A stretch of 64,000 nt of DNA from Macrostomum hystrix. Its lineage: Eukaryota; Animalia; Platyhelminthes. Made by a program: the position numbers and the translations under genes. Below the pieces are notes generated by a model, which made no database searches, was not told where the DNA came from, and saw only the letters and a program-made list of their open reading frames with translations. Positions within the stretch are counted from its first letter, which is position 1; every line of letters starts with the position of its first letter. The stretch is taken from contig CATNEN010000002.1 of the NCBI GenBank assembly GCA_950097015.1, positions 5,766,001 to 5,830,000 of the forward strand. The letters run 5' to 3'. Below, one piece after another: positions 1-12,830 of this stretch.

Positions 1-214
1 TGGGCTGATGTTTGTCAGGTGTGCACTAAGCAGGTGGTTGATCATTCATTGGGTGAGCAAAGTACTCAGGATAAAATTAATAGGCAGTGCCAGGTCCCGT
101 ATCGGGTGTTAGGCGTGCACTAGAGAACAATTTACTTGTCGGTAAATAGCTGCTTTTGGGTTGGGGAATGGTATTCCGGATTGGGGCCTCATTTAACATG
201 GGAATCTAGGTTTA

Positions 215-545
215 AAATGGGGATCAGGAATTAAAATGGGGATCCAGATTGCCGATTAGGATCTAGATTAAAAACAGGGATCTCGATTTTAAATGGATAT
301 CTAGATTTAAAAATGGGAGTATAGATAATAAGTGGGGATTTATATTCAAAATGGGATCACGAATTAAAATGAGGATTTAGATTTAAAATGAGGATCTAGA
401 TTGCCGATCAGGATCTAGATATTTTAAACAGGAATCTAGAATTAAAATGGGGATCTAGAATTAAAATGAGGATCTAGAATTTAAATGGGGATCTAGAATT
501 AAAATGGGGATCTAGAATTAAAATGAGGATCTAGATTTAAGATGG
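215..545. repeat. Degenerate ~19-bp minisatellite (GGATCTAGAATTAAAATGG)
   Basis: Tandem copies read directly; clearest at 435-545. Confidence 0.75.
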
Positions 546-1221
546 GGAACTTGATTTATTGAAGTTGGGGTAGTTATAGATAGGTATCTATTTTTGGTAT
601 CGGAATCTACGTTGATAGAATTTATACCCCATTTGAGTTTTCTGTTTCCCTAAAAAAATTTCAACTTCTTGAATTTCTGAGCTGCAAATTGAGCAACTCA
701 TAAATCCAAAATCGAGGCCTTGGAATTTGGCATCTCAAATCACAGTTGACTGAATCTGGACTTAACAATGTTCTTCATTTTCTAGTTAAAATCCCAAAAG
801 CATCCAAAACTCTGCTGTCTCATCCCATCATTTTTATAACATTTTTACTCCAGAAAAAACTTTAAATCCCTCGTGGGAGAATTTGTGTCACTTAGCGTCA
901 CTTGTCCCCGGGGCTTGTTAGGACCACATTTATCCCAAAAGAATTATTCTCCTCAAGCAGGCGCCTGAATCTTTAAAATCCCCAATTCGATCGGTGAATT
1001 CCCAGGTGGGACAAACTGCCAGCAAATCATCTCTGCTCCATTAAGTCTTTGAGTAGGGGTGAGCAGGGAGTTAAGTAGCTACTCAAGCTGTGACCTGGTC
1101 GGATGCAATTTGAATCAAAATACATGCGAGGTTCCCACTGGTCACAGGCTGTCACAGGCTGATAGTTAGTGTTCTGGCATCGAGCTCACTTGAGCTCACT
1201 TGCAAGCTAGAAAAATTGGTC

Positions 1222-2130
1222 CTGGGATCAGGATTTAAGAGTTGGGATCAAGACATCTGGACAATTGGGATCAGGAACCGGAGAATGGGGATCGGGATCT
1301 GAAGAATTCTGATCGGGATCTGGGGAATTGGGGTCGGGATCTTGAAAGTTGGGATCGAGATCTGGAGGATCAGGATCAGGATTTGGACAATTGGGATCAG
1401 GAATCGGAGAATCGGGATCAGGAATCTGAGAATTGGGATCAGGAATCTGAGAATTGGGATCAGGAATCTGAGAATTGGGATCAGGAATGATAGATTTGGG
1501 ATCAGGAATCGTAGAACTGGGATCACGAATCGAAGAAGTGGGATCAGGAATCGTAGAATTGGGATCAGAAATCGTAGAATTGGGATCACGAATCGAAGAA
1601 GTGGGATCAGGAATCGTAGAATTGGGATCAGAAATCGTATAATTGGGATCACGAAACGAAGAATTGGGATCAGGAATCGTAGAATTGGGATCAGGAATGG
1701 AAGAAGTGGGATCAGGAATCGTAGAATTGGGATCAGGAATCGAAGAATTGGGATCAGGAATCTGAGAATTGGGATCACGAATCGAAGAATTGGGATCAGG
1801 AATCGTAGAATTGGGATCAGGAATCGAATAATTGGGATCAGGAATCGTAGAATTGGGATCAGGAATCGCAGAATTGGGATCACGAATCGAAGAATTGGGA
1901 TCAGAAATCGCAGAATCGGGATCAGGAATCGAATAATTGGGATCAGGAATTGAAGAATTGGGATCAGGAATCGAAGAATTGGGATCAGGAATCGAAGAAT
2001 TGGGATCAGGAATCGAAGAATTGGGATCAGGAATCGCAGAATTGGGATCAGGAATCGAAGAATTGGGATCAGGAATCGCAGAATCAGGATCAAGATCTGA
2101 AAAATTTTATCTGGGTCTGGAGAACTGGGA
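1222..2130. repeat. 21-bp minisatellite (GAATTGGGATCAGGAATCGAA)
   Basis: Tandem copies; produces the 7-aa-repeat ORFs in the track. Confidence 0.95.
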
Positions 2131-2705
2131 TTAAAATCTTAGATAGACATTTTTATGGATACAAAACGTTACGTAAATATTTTTTTCAAGAGAACAATCA
2201 GCTAAATGAAATCTAGCCACGCACAGGCACACACAGCCTCACACAGAAGCTACTCAAAAGCTATTTGAAGGCCTGAGCAGCTTGGAGAGTGAGTGCCACA
2301 TATAGTCTCATCTTCTGATTTCATTAGTCCACTGTGGGGTGGGTAGAGGTTAAATTGTAAATCTAATTTAGGAGGACTGAAGACTCAGCAGCAGCAGCAG
2401 CAGCGGTGGTGGCAGCGTGATGGAATTATTGTTTTCTTATGGCCTGGCCAATTAATTTCGCAGTCTCCCCTCACTCTCGCACTCTCTCGCTCTGTCTCGC
2501 CTTCTCGCCGAAACTTTCTTCAAGCCACCTCTGCCATCTGCCGACCGCAGAGTTGGCCAAGGTCGATCAGGTCGCTATGGACTCGGCAGAAATTGGGTCG
2601 GGCGCGAATCAGCCGACTCAGAAAAATAGACAAACCCCCCAGAGTCCTTGGTCTTTTCTTTCTTCCGATCATTGTGCCTTTTTTCTGTGTTTTTTGCTTT
2701 TTTAT

Positions 2706-3945
2706 TCGCCCATCTCGCCATTCTCCCATCTCGTTGTTCTCCCATCTCGCCATTCTCCTCCCATCGCGCCATTCTCTTCCCATCTCGCCATACTCCCATC
2801 TCGTTATTCTCCCATCTCGTTGTTCTCCCATCTTGCCATTCTCCCATCTCACTGTTCTCCCATCTCGCCATTCTCCCATCTCGCCATTCTCCCATCTCGC
2901 CATTCTCCCATCTCGCCATTCTCCCATCTCGCCATTCTCCTCTAGTCTCGCCATTCTCCTCCAGTCTCCACATTCTCCAATCTCGCCATTTTCCCATCTC
3001 GCCATTCTCTTCCCATCTCGCCATACTCCCATCTCGTTATACTCCCATTTCGCCATTCTCCCATCTCGCCATTCTCCCATCTCGCCATTCTCCCATCTTG
3101 CCATTCTCCCATCTCGCCATTCTCCCATCTCGCCATTCTCCGATCTCGCCATTCTCCCATCTCGTTGTTCTCCCATCTCGCCAATCTCCCATCTCGCCAT
3201 TCTCCCATCTCGCCATTCTCCCATCTCGTTGTTCTCCCATCTCGCCATTCTCCTCCCATCTCGCCATTCTCCCATCTCGCCATTCTCCCATCTCGCCATT
3301 CTCCCATCTTGCCATTCTCCCATCTCGCCATTCTCCCATCTCGCCATTCTCCGATCTCGCCATTCTCCCATCTCGTTGTTCTCCCATCTCGCCATTCTCC
3401 GATCTCGCCATTCTCCCATCTCGTTGTTCTCCCATCTCGCCAATCTCCCATCTCGCCATTCTCCCATCTCGCCATTCTCCCATCTCGTTGTTCTCCCATC
3501 TCGCCATTCTCCTCCCATCTCGCCATTCTCCCATCTCGCCATTCTCCCATCTCGCCATTCTCCCATCTTGCCATTCTCCTATCTCGCCATTCTCCCATCT
3601 CGCCATTCTCCGATCTCGCCATTCTCCCATCTCGTTGTTCTCCCATCTCGCCATTCTCCCATCTCGTTGTTCTCCCATCTCGCCATTCTCCCATCTCGTT
3701 GTTCTCCCATCTCGCCATTCTCCTATCTCGCCATTGTCCCATCTCGTTGTTCTCCCATCTCGCCATTCTCCTATCTCGCCATTCTCCCATCTCGCCATTC
3801 TCCTCTAGTCTCGCCATTCTCCTATCTCGCCATTCTCCCATCTCGCCATTCTCCTCCAGTCTCCACATTCTCCCATCTCGCCATTCTCCTATCTCGCCAT
3901 TCTACCATCTCACTGTTCTCCCATCTCGCCATTCTCCCATCTCCC
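2706..3945. repeat. 16-bp minisatellite (CGCCATTCTCCCATCT)
   Basis: Tandem copies; open in several frames with a 16-aa period. Confidence 0.95.
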
Positions 3946-5221
3946 CTTTAAATTTCTGTGCATTCTCGGATTTCATTCCAACCAGATTGCGCAATCTCTC
4001 TCACTAATGATCTGTTGTGTCTCAAGCAGCACTGCATTTGACCAGCTCACAGCGTGATGTCGGAGTCAAACTTACCAAGGCGGCCCCAGATTTTATTTCT
4101 ATCAAATAGAAAGCCGCGGTTGCCACTGGGGCCTAGACTAAAAAAAAACTGCTCGGGTCAAGTTGAATGCCATTAGTGAGAAAGTAGGAGAGATATTGCG
4201 GCGAGTGTGTTGGGAGAAGAAAAGTAACGCAAGAAAAATCCGCGTCAAGTTTGGGATCTTCTAAAGTGGAGTCTATCTCTTATGAGTTAGTGAGGCCGCA
4301 CTTTTGAGTAACATATAAAAAACTTCAAGATTCAGTCAGAATTGATAGAAATTTCAAATATCCCTATCTGTACAGCCACAGTTTTTTATTCATGGGGTCA
4401 AAGGTCGCGAGTTCTACCCCAAGTTTCTTAGGAACTGCCTAACAGTCGAAAGACCAAAAACCAAATAGGGGGGTTGGCCCTCATGACCCAAATGAAGGTG
4501 GCCTCGCCGCGGGATTCGAGCTCAGGCAGCTTGGTAGCAAATGTAGTTTTAATTGAGATTCGAGTAAACATTGGGATTATTATTGTCAATGGGAATTGTC
4601 CGGTTTACGAAGACAAGCCAGCGTTGCTGCAATCAACACGAGTGAAATCCCAAATCTCAATAACTTTCCCACTCGGCCCAGGGCTGTGAGCCAATTTGAC
4701 AACTTATAATTGCCGTCTTATTCGTGGTGATCCAGTAATCCCATCATTTTGGGATTTCTGCACCCGACGTTTTTAGGAGAAATATCCCACACAATAAACG
4801 GGGGCCGAAGCGAACAGAATTTATCTTACGCTTGGCTGGGCTCTGCACCTGATCCCGGAAGCTAATCCGCCAATTGCCCGATAGAGAGGAAGGGGATATT
4901 CAGGGATAAACAAATGCAAATCGTCTAGTTCGCTTTATCCCCAAATAGGGCGGTCGAATCAACAACAGTAAGGGCCATTATTTCGGAGAACTTAGATCCT
5001 CAACTTAGTCCGCAAACGCAAAGCTCTAAAAGTCCGCAAACTGGTCTCGGAATGTAAGTTAGCTGAAATTAATTCCAATTGATTTGTCAAAAGTGGGAAT
5101 TACTCGAGATAAAGTCTGTATTGAGTCTTCTTTGAGTTCAATTGAACAAGACTCAAAGATACTCGGCGCTTTGATGCTGCTAATTTCAATTATGAATTCC
5201 CCTTGAACCACAAAATGGCAG

Positions 5222-8200
5222 GTGATCTGGCAGAAGGACAAGAAGACTTTGACATTCAACAAGAACCACCTGGATCCCAGATTCACCATCATCCCTACTG
5301 ACATTCACACCAGAAACAAGTTTGATGTACAGGTGCACGACCTGCGCACCTCTGATGAGGGAATGTACAGGTGCATTGCCAGCTACCAGAATCAGTACCT
5401 GGTGAAGAATGTCACTCTGCTGGTGAAAGGTAAGCTAAAAGCTTTCATTCACCAATCCCTGCATTGACTAATCCCTTTGTTCACTAATCACTTCATTCAC
5501 TAATCCCTTCAATCACTAATCTCTTCAATCACTAATCACTTCATTCACTAATAACATCATTCACTAATCCTTTCATTCACTAATCCTTTCAATCACTAAT
5601 CCTTCATTCACTAATAACACCATTCACTAATCCCTTCATTCACTAATAACATCATTCACTAATCCCTTCATTCACAAATAACATCATTCACTAATCCCTT
5701 CATTCACTAATCCTTTCAATCACTAAACCCTTCATTCACTAATAACACCATTCACTAATCCCTTCATTCACAAATAACATCATTCACTAATCCTTTCATT
5801 CACTAATCCCTTCATTCACTAATCCTTTCAATCACTAAACCCTTCATTCACTAATAACACCATTCACTAATCCCTTCAATCACTAATCCCTTCAATCACT
5901 AATCCCTTCAATCACAAATAACATCATTCACTAATCCCTTCAATCACTAATCCTTTCAATCACTAATCCCTTCAATCACTAATAACATCATTCACTAATC
6001 CCTTCATTCACTAATCCTTTCAATCACTAAACCCTTCATTCACTAATAACACCATTCACTAATCCCTTCAATCACTAATCCCTTCAATCACTAATCCCTT
6101 CAATCACTAATCCCTTCAATCACAAATAACATCATTCACTAATCCCTTCAATCACTAATCCCTTCAATCACTAATCCCTTCATTCACAAATAACATCATT
6201 CACTAATCCTTTCATTCACTAATCCCTTCATTCACTAATCCTTTCAATCACTAAACCCTTCATTCACTAATAACACCATTCACTAATCCCTTCAATCACA
6301 AATAACATCATTCACTAATCCTTTCATTCACTAATCCCTTCATTCACTAATCCTTTCAATCACTAAACCCTTCATTCACTAATAACACCATTCACTAATC
6401 CCTTCAATCACTAATCCCTTCAATCACTAATCCCTTCAATCACTAATAACATCATTCACTAATCCCTTCAATCACTAATCCCTTCAATCACTAGTTACTT
6501 CATTCACTAATCCTTTCAATCACAAATAACATCATTCACTAATCCCTTCAATCACTAATCCCTTCAATCACTAATCCCTTCAATCACAAATAACATCATT
6601 CACTAATCCCTTCATTCACTAATCCTTTCAATCACTAATAACATCATTCACTAATCCTTTCAATCACTAATAACATCATTCACTAATCCTTTCAATCACT
6701 AATAACATCATTCACTAATCCTTTCAATCACTAAACCCTTCATACACTAATAACACCATTCACTAATCCCTTCAATCACTAATCTCTTCAATCACTAATC
6801 ACTTCATTCACAAATAACATCATTCACTAATCCTTTCATTCACTAATCCTTTCATTCACTAATCCTTTCAATCACTAATCCTTCATTCACTAATAACACC
6901 ATTCACTAATCCCTTCAATCACAAATAACATCATTCACTAATCCTTTCATTCACTAATCCCTTCATTCACTAATCCTTTCAATCACTAAACCCTTCATTC
7001 ACTAATAACACCATTCACTAATCCCTTCAATCACTAATCCCTTCAATCACTAATCCCTTCAATCACAAATAACATCATTCACTAATCCCTTCAATCACTA
7101 ATCCCTTCAATCACTAGTTACTTCATTCACTAATCCTTTCAATCACTAATCCCTTCAATCACTAATCACTTTATTCACCAATCCTTTCAATCACTAATAA
7201 CATCATTCACTAATCCCTTCATTCACTAATCCTTTCAATCACTAATAACATCATTCACTTATGTCTGCACAGCTATTTCTGTCAGTCAAAATGTTTTCCA
7301 TCAATTTTTTTAATACTCATCCTTTATCACCAATCCAACAGTGCCTCCAACGATCGACGACTTCAAGTCCTCGCAAAAGGACCTGGTGCTGGTTGAGGGC
7401 GAGCGACGCTGGTTGAACTGCATGGCTGACGGCGTGCCACGGCCTAGCATTGTCTGGTACCGACTGGTGGACGGCGCGAAAATTGGTGAGTTGGACAGCA
7501 ATCCTCAAACCCTCCACACCACAAACCCTCCACCCTTCAAACCCTACACCCCTCAAACCCTCCACCCCTCAAACCCTCCACCCCTCAAACCGTCTACCAC
7601 TCAAACTCTCCACCCCACAAGTCCTCCACCACTCGAACCCTCCACCCCTAAAACCCTCCACCACTCAAACCCTCCACCCCTCAAACCGTCTACCACTCAA
7701 ACCCTCCACCCCACAAGTCATCCACCACTCAAACCCTCCACCCCTCAAACCCTCCACCACTCAAACCCTCTACCACTCAAACCCTCCACCCCACAAGTCC
7801 TCCAGCCCTCGAACCATCCACCCCTCAAACCCTCCAGCCCTCAAACCCTCCACCCCTCAAACCCTCCATCCCTCAAACCCTCCACCCCTCAAACCCTCCA
7901 GCCCTCAAACCCTCCACCCCTCAAACCCTCCATCCCTCAAACCCTCCACCCCTCAAACCCTCCACCCCTCAAACCCTCCAGCCCTCAAACCCTCCACCCC
8001 TCAAACCCTCCATCCCTAAATCGTCCATCCTTCAAACAATCGAACTCTCAATCCCTTCACCAGGTACAACATGATCCCCTCAATTCCTGAATGATTTCAA
8101 AATCCCATTAAATCATTAACCTCAAAGCCTTCACCATCAAAGCCTAAACATTTAGCACCTCAAATCCTTAGAGCTGTACAATGACTCCATGTACCTGGTG

Positions 8201-11200
8201 CGCAATGTGAGTCGCGACATGTCGGGCACCCTGCTTTGCGTCGCCAGCAATGGTGTGGATCCGCCGGCCAGCCGTCAGTTTCGCCTGACGGTTCACTGTG
8301 AGTGAAATGCTGCTTACTCGCTACTTGAAGTAGTCGCGTGAGCTCAGCTGAAACCGCCCCGCCAAACCCAAACACCGAATTCAGACGCGCCCTCAGTGAC
8401 AGTCGTGAACGAGCAGATCGCCCAGAAGCGCGGCAGATCCACCATGGTGATGTGCACCATCACGGGACACCCGGTGCCCAAGTTCTACTGGGAGCACCGG
8501 GGCCGCAGGTACGACGTCTCAGAAAGCAAGCCGTGCGACCCCCCTGAGCCACTGCAGAAATTCTGCATGCACCTGAGCAAATTGCACGACACCTCGGTGC
8601 AGCTCAACCTCATGATCAACAATCTCACGGCTGAGGACTACGGCCTGTACTATTGCGTTGCCTACTCCAGACTGGGCACGGATCGCAAGTCGGCTCACGT
8701 GACCGGTGAGTCACTGTCCTATGATTGGTTGCCGTTTTAGAACAGTGACTGGAGCTTCAGACTCGGATCCAAAACGTCGGCTATTGACTAAGATAGGCTA
8801 TTGGCTAAGATTGGCTATTGGCTAAGATAGGCTATTGGCTAAGATTGGCTATTGGCTAAGATTGGCTATTGGCTAAGATTGGCTATTGACTAAGATTGGC
8901 TATTGACTAAGATTGGCTATTGGCTAAGATTGGCCATTGGCTAAGATTGGCTATTGGCTACGATTGGCTATCCGTGGGTAAGTTGGTGAGTGAGTGACAC
9001 AGCGTCTAACCCGTTTGCTTCGCGCACCAAGCTCGATTCCGCGGCGAGGCCACATTCCATGAAGGCCCGCCCCTTGATAAGAAAGTCAGGGCAGATGTAC
9101 TCACCTGAGTGAGTATGTGCCTGCGTACATTATCTGTGTGCAGCAGCTTCCCAGTCCATGGACTGAAAAGCTTTGACCCTGCTGTACATCCGACTCCACT
9201 AAGTAATGCTATCAACTTAACCTCAAAGCCTTCACCATCAAAGCCTAATGTTTAGCCCCTCAAATCCTTAGAAACGTCATGTCACACTAAGTAATGTCAC
9301 GAGCGTATCTCTCAGTAAATTTTCACACAACCAATGAATACATTTTCAAGTGGCAGAGTGATAACAAAATTTGACAAATCTAGTTTTGAGTAATTAAGGA
9401 TTGAAATCATGCGCGCTAATTAAGGAGTTCAGATATTCAGGTGATAATCTGATGAAGCTATGAAAGTTGCATGCAATAATTCCTACTCACTTTTTGCTAT
9501 ACCTTTTTCATTTAGACAATAATTGTTCTAGTTCTTATTGCGTCGCATTCAGCATAAGTACTACTTACTAAAACAGCAGAAAAGTAGCCATGTTAGCGTT
9601 TTTTGTTAACTATTTATTTTTACCTCTGTTTTTTTTCAAAACCATTTGCGCTCAGAGCTGAGCACCTCGGGTCAGAGCGAGGCGGAGTCCAATCACAGGC
9701 ACCCGGCACCCAAGGTGTTCGGACTGCCTGACCTGGCAGGTACAAATAACTGTGCTCACTAGCTGAGGTTGGGAAGTGGGTCGATGGTTCGAATCCTGCT
9801 CCCTAATTTGCACAGAATGTCAACTAAGAATGTTACTCTACACTTTCTATTACACAATCACAGCAGGGTCGTACTGTTGAGTGCTAAAGTTTCTCATTAA
9901 TTTACTCTAACTGTGAAAATAGTGCTCTGAAATAATTTAAGTTTTTTTAGTATACTCAAAGCTAGAAAAACCACCAGAAACTGCTCTACTGTTAGTAGCA
10001 CTGCTAGAACTTGCACCTTCATAGTCAATCGTGAATGCATCTGGCACACTCTGAATTAGATCTATTGTCTATTGCATAAGGTAACTTTTTTGTTCATTCT
10101 CTAGGAATTTCATTCCTTACTGTACAAACTAGTTTCTGATAGATAATTTAGCTCCTAGCCTTAGAAAGGGAATTTTAGCAACCTAATAAAACAATTTGCG
10201 TCCTCGATGAGTAAGACACTTGCTTCAATCTCGTACCGTGCTGTGAGTTGATTACCAGCATCAGCTGGGTGGGTGGCGGGTTTGGCGCCTTCCCAGTCCA
10301 TGGACTGAACAGCTGTACACATCATTTTGAATCATAAGGTTCGTAATAAGGTCTGGTACTCAGCTTAACAGTAGAAAGAACCCGCTATCTCCCCAGGGGA
10401 AGGTATTTAAAATGCCCGCTGCCTACATCACGATAGCTCCCAAACCGAATCACTAATTTTCGTGAAAGTCCAATATTTGTGGGAGAGATACAATTCAGAC
10501 TACTGACAACAGTAGAAAAGCAAAGACTTGGCTGCAAATCTCTCACATAACACTAAAAAGTATCGCCATAAAAATGGCAAGCTTAAAAGAGACTTCTGTG
10601 CACACTGAGAGTGGTGGGAGAGGACTGCGTGTGGCTATGGCTGACTGACGAAGGCAAACAAGCCAGAAACCGGTCTCGGTCTGCCAGCGCGAGGTTCGTT
10701 CCCCACTTTTAGTGTGTTACAATTTGGATCAACTTATATTCTGATAAGCGAACATTTAGTCAGTATCGTTAGCCTAACTTTCAGCTATAATTACGAGTAC
10801 ATATGATCTGAAGGTGTGAAAATTATCACATTTTCAGGCAAGGCCAGATAACAAAAATTAACCGTTTTTTCTTCCCACAATCCCAGAGCTCGATCCGCCC
10901 AGCAGTTGGACGCAGGGCCAGGTGAATCACCTGGACGGCCCTTCCGACAACCCAAAGCCGAATGTCTACTCGTCTCAGAGGGACGGCGACCAGCTGCCGG
11001 GTCGAATTTCTTGTGAGCAATGAGCAATGGTATTATTGGATTTTTACGTACGGTTGTTAATAGGTGGTCAAGCGAGGTCAACCGGGGAGGTCAATTGGTA
11101 GACAGGGGAAGTCAATCGGTAGACAGGGAAATAGGGGAGGTCAATTGATAGGCAGGACATCAATTGGTAGACATGGGAGGTCAATTGGTAGATTGGGAGG

Positions 11201-11791
11201 TCAATTGGTAGATTGAGAGGTCAATTGGTAGACAGGGAGGTCATTTGGTAGATAGGGAGGTCATTTGGTAGATAGGGAGGTCATTTGGTAGACAGGAGAG
11301 GTCAATTGGAAGTCAGGGTAGGTCCAATGGGTAGACGGGGGAGGTCAATCGGTAGACAGGGGAGGTCAAGAGTTAGACAGGGCAGAGTAGGTCAATCAGT
11401 AGACAGGGGAGGTCAATCGGTAGACAGGGGAGGTCAATCGGTAGACAGGGGAGGTCAATCGGTAGACAGGGGAGGTCAATCGGTAGACAGGGGAGGTCAA
11501 TCGGTAGACAGGGGAGTTCAATCGGTAGACAGGGGAGGTCAAGAGGTCAGAACAATCTTCCTGACTCCTCCGTCAGCGGGCAGCCTGACCTCCAGCTCGT
11601 TGGACGGCCGCGGCAGCGGATACCAGCCCCAGCCGCCCGCTCAGCAGCCTCCGCGGACTCCGAAATTGCCAGACGAGACCGGGGGAAATTCTGGCGTTGC
11701 CATAGCAACGGAATCAACAACGCTTCTTACTCGTATTGTCCTAGCACTGGTCGTGTTGGCATTTTGTCAGCGGCTCGTAATGCTTCGGTGA
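5222..11791 (+). CDS. Lachesin/IgLON/DPR-like three-Ig-domain cell-surface protein, probably GPI-anchored (5' part not identified)
   Basis: Exons join in frame at GT-AG junctions: 5222-5429, 7342-7485, 8172-8297, 8385-8705, 9656-9739, 10887-11012 (donor less certain), 11577-11791. Ig motifs: VIWQK...DEGMYRC, WLNC...VWYR...GTLLCVASNG, VHYAP, MCTITGHPVPKFYW...DYGLYYC. The protein ends in a Ser/Pro-rich stalk and a hydrophobic C-terminal tail (LLTRIVLALVVLAFC). The signal peptide and first Cys exon were not found. Confidence 0.8.
5465..7260. repeat. 16-bp intronic minisatellite (CACTAATCCCTTCA[A/T]T), almost G-free
   Basis: About 110 copies filling the Ig gene intron 5430-7341. Confidence 0.95.
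7503..8020. repeat. 16-bp intronic minisatellite (CCTCAAACCCTCCACC)
   Basis: Tandem copies filling intron 7486-8171. Confidence 0.92.
8782..8972. repeat. 17-bp minisatellite (GGCTATTGGCTAAGATT)
   Basis: About 11 tandem copies. Confidence 0.92.
9003..9190 (+). mobile_element. Internally deleted SINE B followed directly by a SINE A tail
   Basis: GCACCAAGCTCGATTCCGCGGCGAGGCCACATT...AGTCAGGGCAGATGTAC (family B), then CCCAGTCCATGGACTGAA at about 9150 (family A). Confidence 0.6.
10205..10325 (+). mobile_element. SINE family A 3' fragment
   Basis: TAAGACACTT...CCAGCATCAGCTGGG...GGTTTGGCG..CCCAGTCCATGGACTGAACAGCTGTACAC, matching the 3' half of 20954-21195. Confidence 0.6.
10639..10686 (+). ncRNA. 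Candidate minimal type I hammerhead ribozyme (Penelope-like element type)
   Basis: GGCTGA-CTGACGA-A-GGC AAACAA GCC-A-GAAA-CCGG-TC-TCGGTC: both core motifs, a stem II, a palindromic CCGG helix III, a GUC triplet and a 6-bp helix I with two G-U pairs. An A.A apposition sits at the base of stem II. Confidence 0.5.
11078..11545. repeat. ~21-bp intronic minisatellite (GGTAGACAGGGGAGGTCAATC)
   Basis: Tandem copies filling intron 11013-11576. Confidence 0.9.
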
Positions 11792-12450
11792 CAGTTTTCG
11801 ACTATAAAAGTACAAAGTTAACCAACTAAGCACCATAAAGCATTGTCGGAGTCATCAGCTAGAAATGCGACAAGCACTTTTTTAAGAATTCTTTTCCGCA
11901 ATAAATATTTCGCGCCTGAGTTTTACTACTTAGCTTAAGTAGTGGAATTGTAGGTAACACTTCTTTTTTTAATATTAGTCGAAAAGTCGAAAACTATTTT
12001 TGTGCATTACTCAATGAATAAGTATTGGATGCATCTATAATGCAACCTCCATGCTCACTGTTACATCCTTAGTACGAACTATGTGACCTATGTTTCCACA
12101 CAAGTGTTTATGCAACCCAGATCAGAGGGTTTTCAATTGAATACCTGTACACTCGAAAAATATTCCTATTGCTACTGAATTAAGTATTTTGCACGACTGC
12201 ATTATTGTGTAAGCTCTGTAAAATACAAAAATGTTACACGTCTACTCTGCTACACTACTCAATCAGAATTTTATGAGTTCTTAAAATCATTTGAAAAAGT
12301 TAGATAATTCACTTTGAATAAATCAAAGTTATAACATTTGTTTGTCTATTCTGCCCTTAAACATTAAGAAAAGCCGGCAATTTAACGGAGTTCATGAAAG
12401 CCTTTTACGACTAAATATTAGACAGCTAAAATATGGTTGACTTTAACAAA

Positions 12451-12830
12451 ATACTCTAGATTTAACGGAATACTCTAGATTTAACGGAATACTCTAGATT
12501 TAACGGAATACTCTAGATTTAACGGAATACTCTAGATTTAACGGAATACTCTAGATTTAACGGAATACTCTAGATTTAACGGAATACTCTAGATTTAACG
12601 GAATACTCTAGATTTAACGGAATACTCTAGATTTAACGAAATACTCTAGATTTAACGGAATACTCTAGATTTAACGGAATACTCTAGATTTAACGGAATA
12701 CTCTAGATTTAACGAAATACTCTAGATTTAACGAAATACTCTAGATTTAACGGAATACTCTAGATTTAACGGAATACTCTAGATTTAACGAAATACTCTA
12801 GATTTAACGAAATACTCTAGATTTAACGGA
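12451..12830. repeat. 19-bp minisatellite (ATACTCTAGATTTAACGGA)
   Basis: About 20 near-identical copies. Confidence 0.95.

Noticed and set aside
2525-2570. Possible missing Ig1 exon (xHLCHLPTAELAKVDQ, in phase with exon 5222)
   Set aside because: The acceptor and Cys-Trp spacing are plausible, but the donor (GTCGCT) is weak and the strand-B pattern before the Cys is poor. Left out of the gene model pending RNA evidence.
1242-3951. Long repetitive ORFs (ILRFLIP, SHLAILPSR and WRDGRMAR repeats), and similar ORFs at 13383-14714, 16100-16998, 17970-18717, 50362-51929, 54084-54983, 55813-56199 and 63661-63993
   Set aside because: They are translations of stop-free minisatellite units, are open in several frames and on both strands, and lack usable starts or splice links. 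Not called as genes.
9449-9478. CTGATGA-AGCTAT-GAAA followed by the palindrome TTGCATGCAA
   Set aside because: Stem II is too short, and the U needed to pair with A15.1 before the cleavage nucleotide is missing.
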